Assembly (NCBI GenBank): GCA_938028835.1
Contig: CALIMJ010000013.1
Coordinates: 34,381-98,380 of the forward strand
Direction of reading: 5' to 3'
Source: an uncultured bacterium
Lineage (GTDB): Bacteria; Sysuimicrobiota; Sysuimicrobiia; Sysuimicrobiales; Sysuimicrobiaceae
Length of the DNA: 64,000 nt
The position numbers and the translations under genes were made by a program. This document shows, piece by piece, positions 1 to 9,716 of this stretch. Each line of letters begins with the position of its first letter. Position 1 is the first letter of the stretch. The notes below the pieces were generated by a model that was not told where the DNA came from, did not search any database, and was given only the letters and a program-made list of their open reading frames with translations.

Positions 1-1077
1 GTCCATCACCACCGACTCCTCCACCTCCACGTCCTCCTCCACGCGCACCTCGCGGCCCAGCACCGACCGCACGACCCGGCCGCCGTGGATCACGCAGCCT
101 TCTCCCACCAGGGAGTCCTGGACTTCTCCGAAGACGATGCGGGCGGCGGGACCCGCGTACGGCGCGCCCTTGATGGGCCACAGGTGGTTGGAGAGGTCGA
201 ACCGGGGTTGCGGCCCCAGCAGGTCCATGTGGGCGCGCCAGTAGGCTCCCAGGGTCCCCACGTCGCGCCAGTAACCGGGCTCTTCGTACGGCTTGGTGCC
301 GGGGATTCGGTTGGTGTGGAAGTCGTACGCGAACACGCGGTGGCCGGACACGAGGGCGGGCAGGATGCTCCGGCCGAAGTCGTGCTCCGTGTCCCTGGCG
401 GCGTCCTGGGTCACCGCCTCCACCAGAAGGCGGGCGTCGAACAGATAGTTGCCCATGGAGGCGAGCGCGAACCCGGGCCGACCCGGCATGGGTCGGGGCC
501 GGACGGGCTTCTCCTCGAAGCCCCGCACCCGGCCGTCGGCGTCGGTTTCCAGCACACCCATGCGGGTGGCCTCCTCCAGGGGTACGGGCAGGGCGGCCAC
601 CGTCACCTCCGCCTCCCGGTCCAGGTGGAAGTCCACCATCTGCGAGACGTCCATCCGGTAGATGTGGTCGGCTCCGAACACGGCCACCAGGGCCGGCCCG
701 AAGTCGCGGATGAGGTTCAGGTTCTGGTACACGGCGTCCGCGGTGCCCCGGTACCAGGAGTCGCCCCACCGCATCTGGGGCGGCACCACCAGGACGAAGT
801 GGTCCTCGTGCAGCCCGCTGGCTCGCCAGGCGTGGCGGAGGTGGTCGATCAGGGACTGGGATTTGTACTGCACTAGGATGTACAGGGAGAAGACGTTGGA
901 GTTGATCAGGTTGCTGAGCACGAAGTCCACGATGCGGTACTTGCCCCCGAAGGGGACCGCGGGCTTGCTGCGATCTCGGGTCAGGGGGTGCAGCCGTTCA
1001 CCGCGTCCGCCCGCCAACACCAGGCCGAGGATCCGTCGGCGGCCACCGGGAGAGGGCCGGTCGGAACTCCTGGCCAT
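1..1077 (-). CDS. glgC: glucose-1-phosphate adenylyltransferase (C-terminus runs off the window start)
   Basis: Own translation of the minus strand from ATG at 1075-1077: MARSSDRPSPGGRRRILGLVLAGGRGERLHPLTRDRSKPAVPFGGKYRIVDFVLSNLINS...YWRDVGTLGAYW. This shows the GGxGxRL and KPAVPFGG nucleotidyltransferase signatures of GlgC. It is absent from the ORF track because there is no stop inside the window. The + ORF 85..876 is its antisense shadow. Confidence 0.9.
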   Translation of the reverse strand, partial: MARSSDRPSPGGRRRILGLVLAGGRGERLHPLTRDRSKPAVPFGGKYRIVDFVLSNLINSNVFSLYILVQYKSQSLIDHLRHAWRASGLHEDHFVLVVPPQMRWGDSWYRGTADAVYQNLNLIRDFGPALVAVFGADHIYRMDVSQMVDFHLDREAEVTVAALPVPLEEATRMGVLETDADGRVRGFEEKPVRPRPMPGRPGFALASMGNYLFDARLLVEAVTQDAARDTEHDFGRSILPALVSGHRVFAYDFHTNRIPGTKPYEEPGYWRDVGTLGAYWRAHMDLLGPQPRFDLSNHLWPIKGAPYAGPAARIVFGEVQDSLVGEGCVIHGGRVVRSVLGREVRVEEDVEVEESVVMD

Positions 1078-1096
1078 GGATCCCTCCGCGTCCTCC

Positions 1097-1945
1097 TCAC
1101 ATCGGCCACGGGCTTGCGGACAGCGCCTGAACCGCAAGCCCCGCGTTCCGGAACGCCTGTCGAAGCTGCCAGCGCAGCTGGCGCTCCGCCTCCGCCCGGT
1201 ATAGGGGGAGGACCGGGACGGCGACACGGAGGCTGACACCCGCCGGCGACAGCTCCACCAGCGGGTCTACCTCCACAGGACCGGTCACCCAGTCCGGGTG
1301 CGCCGCAGCCCAAGTACCCGCCACCCGCTGCGCCACCGCCGCCGCAGCGTCCAGGTCCGCGTCCGCGGGCAGGGTAGCCAGCACCACCGCGCGCAGGGAG
1401 CCACGGCTGAGGTTCGCGAAGCGGGTGATCTCGCCGTTGGGGATGGTCACCAGCTCGCCCGTGTAACGGCGGATCTGGGTGTTCCGCAAAGTGATCTGCT
1501 CCACCTGGCCCAGCTCTCCTCCCACGGAGACCACGTCACCCACCTGCAGACCGCCGTCCAGCAACAGGAAGAACCCGGAGAAGCTGTCCCGCACCAGGGT
1601 CTGGGCGCCCAGCCCCACCGCCAGCCCCGCGATCCCGGCGCTGGCGAGGACCGCGGTCGCGTCCACGTGGACCTGCCGCAGGATCATCACCAGCGCCACG
1701 AAGTACACGGTGTAGCGCACCACGCTGTGGGCCACGGAGGCCAGGGTCCGGGCGCGGGCCAGCCGGGCCTCGTAGTCCCGGACTCCCGGCAGCGGCTGGA
1801 GCAGGCGGTCCAGCACGCGGCGCGAAAGGGACACGACCGCCGCGGCTGCGGCCACGATGACCGCCACGGCCACCAGGGTCCGCACGGCGGCAGCCAGCTG
1901 GGCCGGAGACGCCAGCTCGCGAAGGACTTCGCGCCCGAACTCCAC
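1097..1945 (-). CDS. mscS: small-conductance mechanosensitive channel (MscS family)
   Basis: 282 aa with N-terminal TM helices. Contains the MscS core ...GIAGLAVGLGAQTLVRDSFSGFFLLLDGGLQVGDVVSVGGELGQVEQITLRNTQIRRYTGELVTIPNGEI. Confidence 0.85.
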   Translation of the reverse strand: MEFGREVLRELASPAQLAAAVRTLVAVAVIVAAAAAVVSLSRRVLDRLLQPLPGVRDYEARLARARTLASVAHSVVRYTVYFVALVMILRQVHVDATAVLASAGIAGLAVGLGAQTLVRDSFSGFFLLLDGGLQVGDVVSVGGELGQVEQITLRNTQIRRYTGELVTIPNGEITRFANLSRGSLRAVVLATLPADADLDAAAAVAQRVAGTWAAAHPDWVTGPVEVDPLVELSPAGVSLRVAVPVLPLYRAEAERQLRWQLRQAFRNAGLAVQALSASPWPM

Positions 1946-1946
1946 G

Positions 1947-3719
1947 TTAGATCTCCCCCCGGTCGCGGCGTACAGCCAGGTCGATGAACAGCGCCGCGGA
2001 CCACCCGAAGGCGGGAGCCGCCTGGGTCCCCGGCTGGCCCGTCTCGGGGTTGTAGTACTCCCGGATGTCCGGGAAGGCCGCCACCATCTCCAGGGTGCGG
2101 TCGCACAGCTCGCGGGCCCGGTCCGGGTCGCCGCAGCGCAGCAGCGCCTCGATCAGCAAGTAGTTGATGTTGACCCACACGGGGCCGCGCCACATGCGGT
2201 CCGGGTCGTAGGTGGGGTCGCACCGGGCCACGGTCGGCACCGGGTAGGGCGTCCAGAAGCTCTCCGGGTCCTCCAGGCGGTCCACCAAGGACGCGCGGAC
2301 GGCTTCCGGCATGCGGCCGGTGAGGAGGGGGAACAGGGACACCGCGGCGAGGACGGGCACTCGCTCGTGGCCCTGCTCCGTCATCCGCTGGGCCCAGAAG
2401 ACCCTGGCCTTCGGGTCGTACAGGTGGTGCAGGAGCGAGTCCGCCAGCTGGTCCGCCTGCGCCCGCCACGCCCAAGCCTCCTCCGAAAAGCCCAGGGCTG
2501 CGGCGATGTAGCCCAGGGACTCCGCCTGCAGGCACAGGTAGGTGTTGAGGTCGGGCGACTCCACCGGCATCCCATGATCCCACAGGGGGCTGTCGTCCAG
2601 GCCCGAGGAGAAGGGGTGGTCGTACTGGCAGACACCGTCACCGTCCCGGTCGCACCGCTCCAGCCACCACCGCTGCCACCGGGTCAGGGGCTCGTACATC
2701 TCGTCCAGGAAGTCGGTATCCCCCGTGGCCTCGTACACGCGCCACAGGCACCACCCCGCCACCGGTGGCTTGGTCACCGAGGCGTCCACCGGATACCCCA
2801 TCCGCTCCACCAGCCCCTCGTCGAACACGCAGTCCGGGACCATCCCGTCCGGCCGCTGGTGGTCGAACAGCACCCGGAACTGGTCGTGGGCCAGCTGGGC
2901 GTCCACGTGCCGGTAGGCCAGGGCGTGGAAGAAGGCGTCCCACTGCCACAGCCCTACGTAGTGCACCTTCGACGGGACCATAGCCTCCCGGGTGACGTAG
3001 AACCGGCTGCTGATGAGCCCCGCCCGCATCAGGTACCAGGCGTACAGGTAAGCGGCGCGCAGGTGAGGCGGGCAGGGGGGGACTCGGTCGAACCACTGCC
3101 GCCATCGGCGCTCCGCGTCCTCGAACAGGCCCAGGGGCTGGATCCGGCGGTCGAACCCGAGGCGGGGGGTGACGTTGAGGGTGAACAGAGGCTGTGGGTG
3201 ATCGTCCACCACCACCGTCACCCGCCACTGGCCAGCCTCCGTGGCGACCGCCTCGTTCCGTAGGATCGGCGCGTTGGTGGTGTACGCAACGTTGCGGACA
3301 CCCCGCGCGCGCCCCCCCCGGCGATCGGGGGTGACGCTAACCGCACGCACCACGAACCGGATCCCCCAGCGGCCCCGCGGCGGGCGCAAGGCCAGAAGCT
3401 CGGGCGTGGCGAAGCACAGCTCGAACCGTCCCAGGGGGGTGTGGAACACGAGCGCGTGCGGGTAGGGGGCGAGGTCCCACGCCACGGGCTTCCCGTCCCC
3501 GTCCAGCAGCTCCGCCTCTTTGATCAGGGGTGGCCGGACCCGGTAGGTCCCCTCTGCATACTCCAGCTTCGGCCACCGCTCGCATACCCTCACGTACAGC
3601 CGGTGCTGGTCGGGTTCCCGGAACACCAGGATCCGGCTCCCTCGATCCGTGAAGGGGACGGCGGTGGGGTCCAGGCGCGACCGGACGGTCTCCAGGGGGT
3701 CCAGGGGCCGCTCAGCCAT
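1947..3719 (-). CDS. GH63-like (alpha/alpha)6 glycoside hydrolase, glucosylglycerate/mannosylglycerate-hydrolase-like
   Basis: 590 aa with blocks WQWDAFFHALAYRH, DGMVPD, TKPPVAGW, GLDDSPLWD, RGPVWVNINYLLIEAL and FGWSAALFIDL, typical of GH63/MGH-type hydrolases. Its ATG overlaps the gpgS stop by 8 nt (ATGGCTGA). Confidence 0.7.
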   Translation of the reverse strand: MAERPLDPLETVRSRLDPTAVPFTDRGSRILVFREPDQHRLYVRVCERWPKLEYAEGTYRVRPPLIKEAELLDGDGKPVAWDLAPYPHALVFHTPLGRFELCFATPELLALRPPRGRWGIRFVVRAVSVTPDRRGGRARGVRNVAYTTNAPILRNEAVATEAGQWRVTVVVDDHPQPLFTLNVTPRLGFDRRIQPLGLFEDAERRWRQWFDRVPPCPPHLRAAYLYAWYLMRAGLISSRFYVTREAMVPSKVHYVGLWQWDAFFHALAYRHVDAQLAHDQFRVLFDHQRPDGMVPDCVFDEGLVERMGYPVDASVTKPPVAGWCLWRVYEATGDTDFLDEMYEPLTRWQRWWLERCDRDGDGVCQYDHPFSSGLDDSPLWDHGMPVESPDLNTYLCLQAESLGYIAAALGFSEEAWAWRAQADQLADSLLHHLYDPKARVFWAQRMTEQGHERVPVLAAVSLFPLLTGRMPEAVRASLVDRLEDPESFWTPYPVPTVARCDPTYDPDRMWRGPVWVNINYLLIEALLRCGDPDRARELCDRTLEMVAAFPDIREYYNPETGQPGTQAAPAFGWSAALFIDLAVRRDRGEI

Positions 3720-5532
3720 CGGCGCGCGACCCCGCGGCGAGGGCCTGTCGACGGCCCCGGTACTCGGGGACGGTGGCCATGGGCGGTCGCTCCGCCTCCA
3801 CCACCTCCCGCTCCTCCAAAGACAGCCGCCCTTCCTCGTAGCGCACCAGCTTCATGGTGCGGGCCGCGGCGTCCAGCAGGGGGGTGCCCAGCCGGTCCTC
3901 CAGCCGCCGGGCGATCACCTGCACGATCTGGAACGCCATCAGGGACAGGCTCTGCAGCGACTGGTTTCGGTGCACCCGCTGCTCCAGGTCTACCTGCCCG
4001 ATGGCCTCCAGCCCGAACCGGTTCAGCAGGTCGATCAGCATCCCCGTCTCCACCCCGTAGCCGGTGAAGAAGGGGATCTGTTCCAGGGCCTCCCTGCGCC
4101 CCGCGTACTCGCCCGCCAGGGGCTGGATGAGCCCCGAGAGCTGGGGGAAGAACAGGTTCAGGAGGGGACGCGCCACCAGCTCGGTCACCCGGCCCCCGCC
4201 GGTCTCGTACAGGCGGTCGCCGATCTGCACGGGACGGCGGTAGTACCCCTTCACGAACAGGATGCGGTCCTCCCGCAGCAGCGGCCCCACCAGCCCGTAC
4301 ACGAACTTCGGGTGCATGTTGCGGATGTCCGTGTCCACCCACACCACCACGTCGCCCCGAAGCACGTACAGGCTCTTCCACAGGGCCTCTCCCTTGCCCC
4401 GGTACGAGCCCAGGTGGGGCAGGATCTCCCGGTGCCGGTAGACGGGGATGCCTTCCGCGTGTGCGATGTCCCGCGTCCGGTCGGTGGAGTCGCTGTCGAT
4501 GAGCACGATCTCGTCCAGCAGCGGGACTTCCCGCATCAGCCGATCCCGCAGGACCCGGATGACCGCCCCCACGGTGTCCTCCTCGTTGAGAGCCGGTAGT
4601 CCCAGGCTGATGGTCCAGCCGCGCCGGCGCTTGAGCTCCACCAGCCGGTCCAGGTCCTGGAACTCCCGGGCGTGGAAGGTGTTCTCCGCGAACCACTTCT
4701 CTACTTCCGGCCTGGACCACCGAGCCGGCGCGGTGGCGTGCTCCGCCAACCACGCCTGCACCGACTGCCCGCTGCGCACCACCACCAGGGGCTCCACCGC
4801 CTGCAGGGCAGGCTGAACCGCGGGGCGGCCGGGATCCGCGGTGGCACCCACCACCACCGCGGTGTACGCGGGCGCCTCGCGGGCGATCACCTGGGCAGCA
4901 CTGCCGGCCGCGATGCGCTTACGCACCGACCGCTCGGCCCGCTGCATCACGACCAGGTAGGGCCGCTCCTCCCGCCACCGATCCCGCTCGGAGATGTCCT
5001 CCCGGAACACGTGGAGGGCGGTCACCTCCCCTCCCGCGGCGTGGGCCAGCGCTTGAGCCACGCGCAGCGCCAGCTCCGCGTTGGGCCCGCCGCGCACCCC
5101 CACCAGGATCCGGGACAGCGCCCCTGCGGGCAGGATGGGCGCAAGGACGGTGTCGCAGGGCGTACTCCGGAGCAGCGTGTCCACGGGGTATCCAAACAGG
5201 GGTTCGTCCAGGCCGCCGGTCCGGAGGAGCACCAGTAGGTCCGCCCCCTCCTCCGCACAGGCGGCGGCGACCTCCCTCCAGGGTTCGTGGCCGGCCCGCA
5301 CCACGGTCCGCACGGGCGGCTCCACCCCCGCCTCCCGCACCGCCGCTTCCAGCAGCTCTCGGCAGCGTTGTGCGGCGGTGGCTGCGGTGCTCAGGGGTTC
5401 CTGCTGCGGGACCGCCACGGGCTGGCACAGCACGGGTTCTGCGCCCCACGCGCGGCTGAGGGGCAGAAGCAGGGTCAAGGCAGCCCGGGCGTCCTCCGGG
5501 CGCGCTAGGGCGGCCAGCACGCAACGACCCAT
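3712..5532 (-). CDS. gpgS: glucosyl-3-phosphoglycerate synthase (GT81) with an N-terminal tandem universal-stress-protein-like extension
   Basis: The C-terminal ~320 aa (ISLGLPALNEEDTVGAVIRVL...IVLIDSDSTDRT...GKGEALWKS...VVWVDTDI...GGGRVTEL...PLAGEYAGRR...GYGVETGMLIDLL) match the GpgS/MpgS-type GT81 layout. The N-terminal ~280 aa show two USP-like alpha/beta repeats (LLVLLRTGG..., ILVGVRGGPNAELALRVA...). Confidence 0.8.
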   Translation of the reverse strand: MGRCVLAALARPEDARAALTLLLPLSRAWGAEPVLCQPVAVPQQEPLSTAATAAQRCRELLEAAVREAGVEPPVRTVVRAGHEPWREVAAACAEEGADLLVLLRTGGLDEPLFGYPVDTLLRSTPCDTVLAPILPAGALSRILVGVRGGPNAELALRVAQALAHAAGGEVTALHVFREDISERDRWREERPYLVVMQRAERSVRKRIAAGSAAQVIAREAPAYTAVVVGATADPGRPAVQPALQAVEPLVVVRSGQSVQAWLAEHATAPARWSRPEVEKWFAENTFHAREFQDLDRLVELKRRRGWTISLGLPALNEEDTVGAVIRVLRDRLMREVPLLDEIVLIDSDSTDRTRDIAHAEGIPVYRHREILPHLGSYRGKGEALWKSLYVLRGDVVVWVDTDIRNMHPKFVYGLVGPLLREDRILFVKGYYRRPVQIGDRLYETGGGRVTELVARPLLNLFFPQLSGLIQPLAGEYAGRREALEQIPFFTGYGVETGMLIDLLNRFGLEAIGQVDLEQRVHRNQSLQSLSLMAFQIVQVIARRLEDRLGTPLLDAAARTMKLVRYEEGRLSLEEREVVEAERPPMATVPEYRGRRQALAAGSRADG

Positions 5533-5618
5533 GGCAAAAGCAGTTTACCGCCTGCCGGCAGGCTGCCGCACCGCCCCAGGAAAGGGGTCTGGGGACGGCA
5601 TCCCGAAGAGATGGCATC

Positions 5619-6674
5619 GTGAGCTATCTGTTGGACGACCCTGGGCGTCGTTCAACCGTGGACCCCCAGGACATGGTCGGGTTGGTCGTGCGCACCCCTG
5701 ACTTCCTGCGGGAAGGGTGGGAGCTGGGGCTGCGCCTGGGGTCTCCGCTACCCCCTCCCCGACACCTGCTGGTCCTGGGCATGGGGGGCTCGGGGATCGG
5801 CGGAGACCTCCTGCGGGGCCTCCTGTACGACCGGGTCGGCTTCCCTGTCACGGTGGTGAAGGACTACAGCTTGCCCGCGTGGGTGGGCCCGCAGGACGCG
5901 GTGTTCGCGTGCTCGTACTCCGGGAACACGGAGGAGACCCTGAGCGCGTACGAGGCGGCTGGCAGGGCGGGCGCTCGGTGCGTGGCGGTGACCTCGGGCG
6001 GCCAGCTGGCGGACCGGGCCCGGGCGGACGGAATCCCGTGGGTGCGGATCCCCCCGGGTCTGCCTCCCCGGGCGGCTCTGGGCTACCTGCTGGGGCCCAT
6101 GCTGGGAGCCCTGCACCGTTGGGGGTGGATGGAGGGGCTGGAGGAGGAACTGGGCGAGGCGGAGGCGGTGTTGCGGAGCCTGTCCGCCCGCTGGGGCCCG
6201 GAGGTGCCCACCCTGGACAACCCCGCCAAGCAGCTGGCGCGGGCCCTGGTGGGGCGCCTGCCCGTGGTGTACGCCGCCTCCCGGCTGTCGGAGGCGGCCG
6301 CGCTGCGTTGGAAGACGCAGCTCAACGAGAACAGCAAGGTGTACGCCACGTGGAACGTCTTCCCGGAGCTGAACCACAACGAGACGGTGGGCTGGGCTCT
6401 GGCCGGACAGCCGGAGGGGCTGCTGGAGGTAGTGGTCCTGCGGGACCCCGAGGACCCGCCGAGGCTGGTCCGCCGGGTGGAGATCACCCGCCAGGTGGCG
6501 CTGGGCGCGACGGGCTTCCACGAGGTGTGGGCGCACGGCCGCGGGCGCCTAACCCGGGTCCTGTCCCTCGTCTTGTTCGGGGATCTTGTGAGCGTGTATC
6601 TTGCTTATCTGAACGAGGTGGATCCGACCCCTGTGGCAGCCATCGACGAGCTGAAGCGGCGCCTGGAAACTTAG
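5619..6674 (+). CDS. bifunctional phosphoglucose/phosphomannose isomerase (SIS domain)
   Basis: 351 aa. LLVLGMGGSGIGGDLL, CSYSGNTEETL, ...NENSKVYATWNVFPELNHNE... is typical of the archaeal/bacterial PGI-PMI family. Confidence 0.8.
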   Translation: MSYLLDDPGRRSTVDPQDMVGLVVRTPDFLREGWELGLRLGSPLPPPRHLLVLGMGGSGIGGDLLRGLLYDRVGFPVTVVKDYSLPAWVGPQDAVFACSYSGNTEETLSAYEAAGRAGARCVAVTSGGQLADRARADGIPWVRIPPGLPPRAALGYLLGPMLGALHRWGWMEGLEEELGEAEAVLRSLSARWGPEVPTLDNPAKQLARALVGRLPVVYAASRLSEAAALRWKTQLNENSKVYATWNVFPELNHNETVGWALAGQPEGLLEVVVLRDPEDPPRLVRRVEITRQVALGATGFHEVWAHGRGRLTRVLSLVLFGDLVSVYLAYLNEVDPTPVAAIDELKRRLET

Positions 6675-6703
6675 TCGGGGGACCGAAGGAGGCGGAGTCC
6701 GGC

Positions 6704-7810
6704 ATGGCCCGGGTGTTCCTGGAGAACGTGACCAAGCGGTTCGGGAACGTGGTGGCGGTGAACCGGGTGACCCTGGAGATCCCGGACCGGCAGTTCACGG
6801 TTCTGGTGGGTCCCTCGGGGTGCGGGAAGACCACGTGCCTGCGCCTGATCGCGGGGCTGGAGGAGGCCACGGAGGGCAACATCTACATCGGGGACCGGCT
6901 GGTGAACGACGTCCCGCCCAAGGACCGGGACATCGCCATGGTGTTCCAGAACTACGCCCTGTACCCGCACATGAGCGTGTACGACAACATGGCCTTCGGG
7001 CTGCGGCTGCGGAAGTACCCGAAAGCGGAGATCGACCGCCGGGTGCGGGAGGCAGCCGCCATGCTGGGCATCGAGAACCTGCTGGACCGCAAGCCGCGGC
7101 AGCTGTCGGGCGGGCAGCGGCAGCGGGTGGCAGTAGGCCGGGCCATCGTGCGGGAGCCTCAGGTGTTCCTCATGGACGAGCCTCTCAGCAACCTGGATGC
7201 GGCCCTGCGGGTCCAGACCCGCGCGGAGCTCAAGAAGCTGCACGCGCGCCTGCAGACCACCACGGTGTACGTGACCCACGACCAGGTGGAGGCCATGACC
7301 ATGGGGGACCGCATCGTGGTGATGCGGGACGGGGTGGTCCAGCAGGTGGACAGCCCCATGAACCTGTACGAGAAGCCCGCCAACCTGTTCGTGGCAGGCT
7401 TCATCGGCAGCCCCTCCATGAACTTCGTGCCGGGCGAGGTCCGTCAGCGGAACGGGACCCTGGTCTTCGACGCGGGCACCTGGCAGGTGCCCATCCCGCC
7501 CGACCTGCACGAGTACGTGCGGCCGTGGGAGGGGCAGCGGGTGATCTTCGGGATCCGGCCGGAGCACATGGAGGACGTGGCCCTGCGCGACGGCCAGCTG
7601 CCCCCCTCCTTTGTGCTCCTGCGGGCGAAGGTGGAGGTCCACGAGCCCCTGGGGTCCGACGTGATCCTGTACCTGGACGCGGGGGGACACTCCCTGGTGG
7701 CCCGGGTGGACGCCCACAGCCAGGCGAAGATGGGGGACGAGGTCACGGTGGCCATGGACCTGCGGAAGATGCACCTCTTTAACGCGCAGACCCACGAGGC
7801 CATCGTGTAG
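6704..7810 (+). CDS. sugar ABC transporter ATP-binding protein (MalK/MsmX/UgpC type), with no adjacent permease genes
   Basis: Start chosen at MARVFLENVTKRFG (ATG 6704, SD GAAGGAGG upstream). Walker A is GPSGCGKTT, the signature is LSGGQRQRVA, and Walker B is VFLMDEPLSNLD, with a C-terminal MalK-like regulatory domain. The long upstream extension of ORF 5717..7810 overlaps the pgi/pmi gene in another frame. Confidence 0.9.
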   Translation: MARVFLENVTKRFGNVVAVNRVTLEIPDRQFTVLVGPSGCGKTTCLRLIAGLEEATEGNIYIGDRLVNDVPPKDRDIAMVFQNYALYPHMSVYDNMAFGLRLRKYPKAEIDRRVREAAAMLGIENLLDRKPRQLSGGQRQRVAVGRAIVREPQVFLMDEPLSNLDAALRVQTRAELKKLHARLQTTTVYVTHDQVEAMTMGDRIVVMRDGVVQQVDSPMNLYEKPANLFVAGFIGSPSMNFVPGEVRQRNGTLVFDAGTWQVPIPPDLHEYVRPWEGQRVIFGIRPEHMEDVALRDGQLPPSFVLLRAKVEVHEPLGSDVILYLDAGGHSLVARVDAHSQAKMGDEVTVAMDLRKMHLFNAQTHEAIV

Positions 7811-7816
7811 CCAGGC

Positions 7817-8686
7817 TTACGCGGAGGACCCCTTGTCCTCCAGCGCCTTCTGGGCCAGGTCCCCCAGAGGCGCCAGCAGCCGGGTGAACTCCATGGGGAA
7901 CACGAACTTGGTGGCGGGGCTCTCCCCCAGGGCCTTCAGCGCCTCCAGGTACTGCAGGGTCATGGTCTTGCTGTCCACGTTGCGGGCCACGCTGAAGATC
8001 TTGTCCAGGGCCAGGGCGAACCCCTCCGCCCGCAGGATGGCCGCCTGGCGGTCTCCTTCCGCCTTCAGGATGGCCGCCTGCTTTTCGCCCTCCGCCACCT
8101 TGATGGCCGCCTCCCGCTTGCCGTCCGCCTCCGTCACCACCGCCCGGCGGTTGCGCTCCGCGGACATCTGACGGGTCATGGCCTCCTGGACCTCCCGGGG
8201 CGGTAGGATCTCCCGGATCTCCACCGCGGTCACCTTCACGCCCCACCGCTCGGTCACCTCATCCAGCTTGGCCCGCAGCACGTGGTTGATCTGCTCCCGC
8301 CGGGCCAGGACGTCGTCCAGCACGATGTCCCCGATCACCGCGCGGAGGGTCGTGGTGGCGATGCCGCGGGCCGCGCCTGCGAAGTCGGCCACCTGGATCA
8401 CGGACGCCTCAGGCTCCACGACCTTCCAGTAGATCAAAAAGTCGATGTTGATGGGCGCGTTGTCCTTGGTGATGCAGGTCTGGGAGGGGATCTCCAGGAA
8501 CGCCTCCCGCAGGTCCACCCACACCGCGCGATCCACGAAGGGGATCAGGAACACGATGCCGGGACCCCGCTGGCCCACCGACCGCCCGAACCGGAACACC
8601 ACCAGCCGCTGGTACTCCCGGACGATCTTCACCGCGGAGTACAGGAGCCACAGTCCGACGACGGCGGCGGCTACCAGGTACGTCAT
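7817..8686 (-). CDS. SPFH/band-7 (stomatin/slipin-like) membrane protein
   Basis: 289 aa. An N-terminal TM is followed by KIVREYQRLVVFRFGR...TKDNAPINIDFLIYWKV... and a C-terminal coiled coil AEGEKQAAILKAEGDRQAAILRAEG. Confidence 0.85.
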   Translation of the reverse strand: MTYLVAAAVVGLWLLYSAVKIVREYQRLVVFRFGRSVGQRGPGIVFLIPFVDRAVWVDLREAFLEIPSQTCITKDNAPINIDFLIYWKVVEPEASVIQVADFAGAARGIATTTLRAVIGDIVLDDVLARREQINHVLRAKLDEVTERWGVKVTAVEIREILPPREVQEAMTRQMSAERNRRAVVTEADGKREAAIKVAEGEKQAAILKAEGDRQAAILRAEGFALALDKIFSVARNVDSKTMTLQYLEALKALGESPATKFVFPMEFTRLLAPLGDLAQKALEDKGSSA

Positions 8687-8774
8687 CGTTCACCTCCCGG
8701 GGCCCACCCGTGGGCTCGTAGCGTATCTTTGAGCTCGAGGGGCCTGGTTCCTGCAAGCGGTCGGGAGGTGTGCG

Positions 8775-9716
8775 GTGGCGGATTCCGCGGTAGCCGTGGA
8801 CCTAGGCGGCACGTGGATCCGGGCAGGAAGGGTGAGCCCGGAGGGCGAGGTGACGCAGACCGTGCGGGCGCCCACACCCCAGGCGGGACCCGAGGCGGTG
8901 GCCGACGCCATCGCGGAACTGGTGCGACGCCTGGGGCCTCTGCCGCCAGGCAGGCTGGGTGTCGCGGTCCCAGGTCCCCTCAGCGTACGCGAGGGTGTGG
9001 TGTTCGAGCCCCCCAACCTCCAGGGCTGGAGGGAGGTTCCCCTGCGCGGGATGCTGGAGAAACGACTGGGCCGGCCGGTGGTGCTGGAGAACGACGCCAA
9101 CGCTGCCGCGGTGGGTGAGTGGTGGCGGGGAGCGGGGCGCGGCAGCCGGCACCTGGTGTACGTGACGGTCAGCACGGGGGTGGGCGGCGGCTTGGTGCTG
9201 GACGGGCGGCTGTACCGGGGGGCCACCGACACCGCGGGGGAGATCGGACACGTGCTGGTGGATCCCGCAGGACCCGTGTGCTCGTGCGGGCGGCGTGGGC
9301 ACCTAGAGGGCATCGCCTCGGGGCCCGCTATCGCCCGGTGGGTACTGGAACGCATCCGGGAGGGCCGACCGAGCGTGCTGGCGACGGGGAGGCCGCTTTC
9401 CGCTCGGGAGGTGGCCGAGGCCGCGGAGGCCGGCGACGGCCTGGCCCGGGAAGCCTTCGAGAGAGCCGGAAGGTACCTGGGCTGGGCGGTGGCGGGTTTG
9501 CTGAACCTGCTGAACCCGGAGGTGGTGGTGATCGGTGGGGGGGTGGCGCGGGCGGGGCGCTGGCTCTTCGACCCCTTGCGGGAGGCTGCCCGGGAAGCGA
9601 GTTTCGACCGTCCGTGGCGGGCCGCGCGCATCGTCCCCGCGGCCCTGGGAGACCGGGCGGGCCTGCTGGGAGCCGCGTACGTGGCGAGGAAGGAAGGAGG
9701 GATCTCCGGTGGATAA
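8775..9716 (+). CDS. ROK-family glucokinase
   Basis: 313 aa. Contains VAVDLGGTWIRAG, ENDANAAAVGEWW, and the ROK Zn motif GHVLVDPAGPVCSCGRRGHLE. Confidence 0.8.
   Translation: MADSAVAVDLGGTWIRAGRVSPEGEVTQTVRAPTPQAGPEAVADAIAELVRRLGPLPPGRLGVAVPGPLSVREGVVFEPPNLQGWREVPLRGMLEKRLGRPVVLENDANAAAVGEWWRGAGRGSRHLVYVTVSTGVGGGLVLDGRLYRGATDTAGEIGHVLVDPAGPVCSCGRRGHLEGIASGPAIARWVLERIREGRPSVLATGRPLSAREVAEAAEAGDGLAREAFERAGRYLGWAVAGLLNLLNPEVVVIGGGVARAGRWLFDPLREAAREASFDRPWRAARIVPAALGDRAGLLGAAYVARKEGGISGG

Noticed and set aside
85-876. 263-aa + strand ORF at the window start
   Set aside because: It is antisense to the clearly recognisable glgC reading frame. It has no motifs and a shadow-frame composition.
5717-6703. 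N-terminal 329-aa extension of the ABC ATPase ORF
   Set aside because: It overlaps the pgi/pmi gene in another frame. A canonical ATG with an SD at 6704 starts the conserved MARVFLENVTKRFG N-terminus.
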